A stretch of DNA of 31,499 bases, taken from positions 1 through 31,499 of the forward strand of contig JZWU02000018.1 in assembly GCA_000960865.2 (NCBI GenBank). Reading direction: 5' to 3'. Below the pieces are notes generated by a model that was not told the origin of the DNA, searched no databases, and saw nothing but the letters and a program-made list of their open reading frames with translations. The position numbers and the translations under genes were made by a program. Below are positions 28,172 through 31,499 of this stretch, one piece after another (the stretch's first letter is position 1; every line of letters starts with the position of its first letter). The stretch comes from Vulcanisaeta sp. AZ3 (GTDB lineage Archaea; Thermoproteota; Thermoprotei; Thermoproteales; Thermocladiaceae).

Positions 28172-28990
28172 CTAAGCCATGCTAATGAAATTCCTTATGA
28201 GACTGCCGAGGCGCATCATCTCGAGGTATTCTAGGTTAGCGGCTATGAAAAGTAGGGCTATGGATATGACATAGTAAGTAAGTAACGTGACTAGGTCACT
28301 CACACCAATGCTACACAACACCCAGTTATCACTGTTCAAAACCACATCACACCATAACTTCAAACGCCTCGAATACTCACCATGGCGCCTCAGGACTATT
28401 ACGTAAATCGCCAAAGCCACTGAAATGACGTAAGTGGCTAATAGGGCACCCGCAAAAACCACATAACGCCTCAAACAAGTCAAAAACGACCTAGGGGACG
28501 CATCAGATAAGGCCTTGAAATGCCTCGATGTAAGCTCAATAGAACCTACTGCCGAGAATGCATAGGCGAGCAACTCAATTATGCCGTGCGGGAAGAGGAA
28601 GGCGACTACCCACGCAGGTACTAGCATCAGCGGCGAACCAGACATGTGGGCAACATTAATACCCACCGTAAACCCAGTCAGGGCCATGGATACTATGAGG
28701 GCTATAAGACCCAACACAGGCAATACCGCCAAAGCATCAACCCTCAGATTATGAAGAAAAATATAACCAGGACCCAGCACTGCACCCTGCGGGTCTATAC
28801 CATTAATAATTAACTGACCCACTGAATAGCGGTTAGCGTAGAAGCCAATTATTGAAAAGATTGCTGTGACCACGAGCTCAAGAGCATACACAATAAGGAC
28901 CAACTTAACATTGACCCCCAAGACCCTCCTGACACCAATACCCAAGCACCCACCACCCATTGCCAATACTTCAATACTTAAAACATGCAT
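28172..28990 (-). CDS. Stage II sporulation protein M (DUF95)-like membrane protein
   Basis: IFLHNLRV, PHGIIEL.A and LL.IAA.LE motifs; multi-TM; start codon uncertain. Confidence 0.75.
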   Translation of the reverse strand: MHVLSIEVLAMGGGCLGIGVRRVLGVNVKLVLIVYALELVVTAIFSIIGFYANRYSVGQLIINGIDPQGAVLGPGYIFLHNLRVDALAVLPVLGLIALIVSMALTGFTVGINVAHMSGSPLMLVPAWVVAFLFPHGIIELLAYAFSAVGSIELTSRHFKALSDASPRSFLTCLRRYVVFAGALLATYVISVALAIYVIVLRRHGEYSRRLKLWCDVVLNSDNWVLCSIGVSDLVTLLTYYVISIALLFIAANLEYLEMMRLGSLIRNFISMA

Positions 28991-29058
28991 TCATCATCTC
29001 ATTAACAGCATAATGTTAAAATTGGGATGATTTTTAAGTAGATAGTGATTTTAGAGGG

Positions 29059-29644
29059 TTACCGAGCACCGAGTCTCTTCAAGACGTCCCTAAATCCAAG
29101 GTACATTAGCAGGGGCCCTATGAACCCAAGACCCAAAAGTATGAATAATATGCCTGCGGCCGTGAATAAACCCTTATCGTACTTACTACCAAGCCTTATC
29201 CCACCAATCACAAACGCAAGAATATTCCCTACATAAATTAGTAATACAGCAATACCGGCGACTGAACTGCCATATGTCGCACCGGCTGAGCCCATGGCGG
29301 CTTCACCAATCAATATAAGAAATCCAATTATGCCAATTATCAAACCTATTATTAACAAGGTCGTCCCTGTATAACTAATTTTGAAGCGATTATCAACATT
29401 GGCCAAGACCCTAAAACCAGGCCTAATCATACTAATCACTGCATAAAGCGTTATGGCCGCGGCAATTATGAGAAGGATACTACCAGCAATCATAGCACTC
29501 GTCAATGTTGCAACCCCCTGAAGAAGCCGACGCCAACGTGGGGCTCAATACTCTAGCACCTGCATCCATAATAAAACTAGCAATTATGATGTAAAGAAAA
29601 CCCCTTCTCAAAGCCCTAAGACCCACAACCTCACTCTGCGCCAT
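29059..29644 (-). pseudogene. DUF973-like membrane protein with a 1-nt frameshift
   Basis: ATG 29644 gives MAQSEVVGLRALRRGFLYIIIAS. Removing one G from the G5 run (29514-29518) joins it to track ORF 29059..29505 (GF..L..VD..F.I..TG; RLG.KY...LFTAAGIL; L.Y.G), giving 194 aa. Confidence 0.7.
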
Positions 29645-29983
29645 CGCGCACCTCCCAACCTGATTGTTTTTAAATTCTCTGTTAAAATTGTATATTCCCT
29701 AATTTAGTTGCTTTTTTAATTTTTTGTTAATGCCCATTCTAGAGACATTATACTTACAAATATGCATTCAGACACATTGAATAATTTATAACCGACTCGT
29801 AAAACTACACGATCCCCTAAACGCAACGCACAAACAACTGCATTAGGAACCCAGACCCAGCATGCACCCAAGTCATCCCCAACAGCGCTGGTTCAGTCAA
29901 TACAACACCCCATTAATATCAAGGTTAACACAAGGATTACACAAGAAAAAATATTAATCATAACAAACAACACTACTCCCGAG

Positions 29984-31006
29984 ATGGAGAGAATTAAACT
30001 ACCATTTGCATCAATGATTATTGAATTCACAGATAGGGATAGGGCCTTGGAACAAATCAACGAGTGGGCTGAGAGAGGCATGAGCCTACCCGTCGTGTCC
30101 TTCGGACCAGAGGGTTGTGGTAAGACGGCTATTCTCAAGCAGGCTGCGCATATGTTGAGAGAGCTTGGTTACAACGTCTTCTATATTAATCCCTTGGAGA
30201 GTGAGTTCATGGCTGAAATTGAGGATAAGGATGTTAAGAAACAATTCTTCGAGATTGTTCAGGAGGCTATTAAGAGCGAGCGTTGGTCCTGGATTGCAAA
30301 CTCAGTAATACTCCTAACACGAGAATTACTAAAAAGGAGGAAGAGGAAGATTGCCGTAATCGTTGATGACGCATTCCAAGCAATAGGCCTTGATAAGGCG
30401 GCGGCATACGTGAAAGGCCTACTAGGCTTAATAGAACATCCGCCACAACCATACGATAGAATAATCGCAATAGCAGCAACAAGTGAAGGAGTATCAAGGG
30501 CTGAGATTGGTAGACACCTATGGTCAAAACTAATACCAACATGGAACATGCCCAAGAAAGGCTTTGAGGAGCTTTATGAGAAGATTCCAGGGCAGAAGCC
30601 CTCCTTCGAGGAGGTTTGGCAATGGACTGGTGGAAACCCAAGAATCCTAAGCATGCTATACGAGGCAAATTGGAATTACGAGAAGGTAATACAGAACTTC
30701 ATTGAGAAGAAGAAGTTAGACAATTTCGTATTTACATTAAGCCAGGAGGAGAGGGAATGGCTGGCTGATGCCATTGAGGATCCAGACAGTCTCTATGCTA
30801 GAGAGAGAATACCACTCATGAATAAACTAGTCGAAATGAACCTACTAATAGACGAAATACATTACAGAGACCCAGACCTCTGGATAGACCAACCACCACC
30901 CAAGAAAGACCTAGAACTAGGCATTGGAAGCAAGGCCGCATGGCAAACACCAATACACAAAAAAGCCATAAAACAAGCACTACAAAACACACAAAAGACC
31001 CCCTAA
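29984..31006 (+). CDS. Archaeal ATPase-domain (P-loop) protein
   Basis: FTDR, Walker A GPEGCGKT, Walker B VIVDD, ATSEG and TGGNPR. Confidence 0.85.
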   Translation: MERIKLPFASMIIEFTDRDRALEQINEWAERGMSLPVVSFGPEGCGKTAILKQAAHMLRELGYNVFYINPLESEFMAEIEDKDVKKQFFEIVQEAIKSERWSWIANSVILLTRELLKRRKRKIAVIVDDAFQAIGLDKAAAYVKGLLGLIEHPPQPYDRIIAIAATSEGVSRAEIGRHLWSKLIPTWNMPKKGFEELYEKIPGQKPSFEEVWQWTGGNPRILSMLYEANWNYEKVIQNFIEKKKLDNFVFTLSQEEREWLADAIEDPDSLYARERIPLMNKLVEMNLLIDEIHYRDPDLWIDQPPPKKDLELGIGSKAAWQTPIHKKAIKQALQNTQKTP

Positions 31007-31438
31007 CACAACACCCCAGCGAGAATAATACCTATATTATATAAGGAATAATATTTCAACAAGTCAAGAACCAAGCCCTAAACCTCAAGAACCCTCCCCA
31101 ACCCATCACGAACACCCCAAACAACAGCCCAAACCAATGAGAAACTCCACACCAAGGCAAGAACTCACCTCCTCAGGGCAAGGAGGAAATCAAAAATCAC
31201 GACACATAACAACCCAACAAACCAAACATACCAATCCCCCATAACCGCCAGCTCATTAAACAACCCCAATACCCCACAATCAAACGAAACAAAGCCCACC
31301 AAATATGAAGTTGTTTTACTCATGCAATAGGTTCATGATGACTTGCCTGTTAAGGTTATTAGAGCCATACTTATTGGAATGAATGAGTATTAAGATAGCC
31401 TATGGTGATTAACCCTAGTACCACTAGTACTAAATAAT

Positions 31439-31499
31439 TTACTCTTCACAATCACCACTATTAAGCTCTGGCCCATGACCAAAACTAACATACTTCCAA
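31439..31499 (-). CDS. Possible 3' end of a CDS entering from the right edge (WKYVSFGHGPELNSGDCEE*)
   Basis: Open frame from the window edge to TAA at 31441-31439; too short to identify. Confidence 0.25.
   Translation of the reverse strand, partial: WKYVSFGHGPELNSGDCEE

Noticed and set aside
29716-29913. Minus-strand frame with weak AbrB-like look (VWVPNAVVCALRLGDRVVLRV)
   Set aside because: In-frame TGA at 29893-29895, no clear start, and the similarity is too weak to support without an HMM search.
31007-31440. 52-aa minus-strand ORF (MSKTTSYL...) and an ATGATGA C-box-like motif near 31335
   Set aside because: No recognisable family and no D box; probably decayed sequence.

Overview
Archaeal chromosome segment, most likely Thermoproteales (Vulcanisaeta-like). 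This is inferred from the unsplit rpoB, split rpoA1/A2, the uS12 'KPNAA' loop, the absence of rps7 after rps12, and leaderless TATA promoters. From left to right: a 5'-truncated surface-protein remnant, a fucose/arabinose-isomerase-like gene, an AT-rich glcSTUV-type sugar ABC transporter resembling the Sulfolobales system, thiE, ychF and argS. These are followed by the core rpoH-rpoB-rpoA1-rpoA2-rpl30e-nusA-rps12 cluster, a radical SAM gene with an overlapping hypothetical gene, truA, an unannotated box C/D guide sRNA, a UPF0148 Zn-ribbon gene, a frameshifted pelota and an APC permease. The window ends in an accessory tract: a WRYGPP-repeat small protein, a GC-rich hairpin, an EVE-PD-(D/E)XK nuclease fusion, a SpoIIM-like protein, a frameshifted DUF973 gene and an archaeal ATPase. 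The most notable items are the C/D sRNA (one guide plausibly targets the 23S peptidyl-transferase region), the EVE nuclease, two single-G frameshifts, and a strong A+C versus G+T strand skew that does not follow gene orientation. I saw no tRNA, rRNA, CRISPR array or transposase. All family calls come from motif recognition, not database searches.
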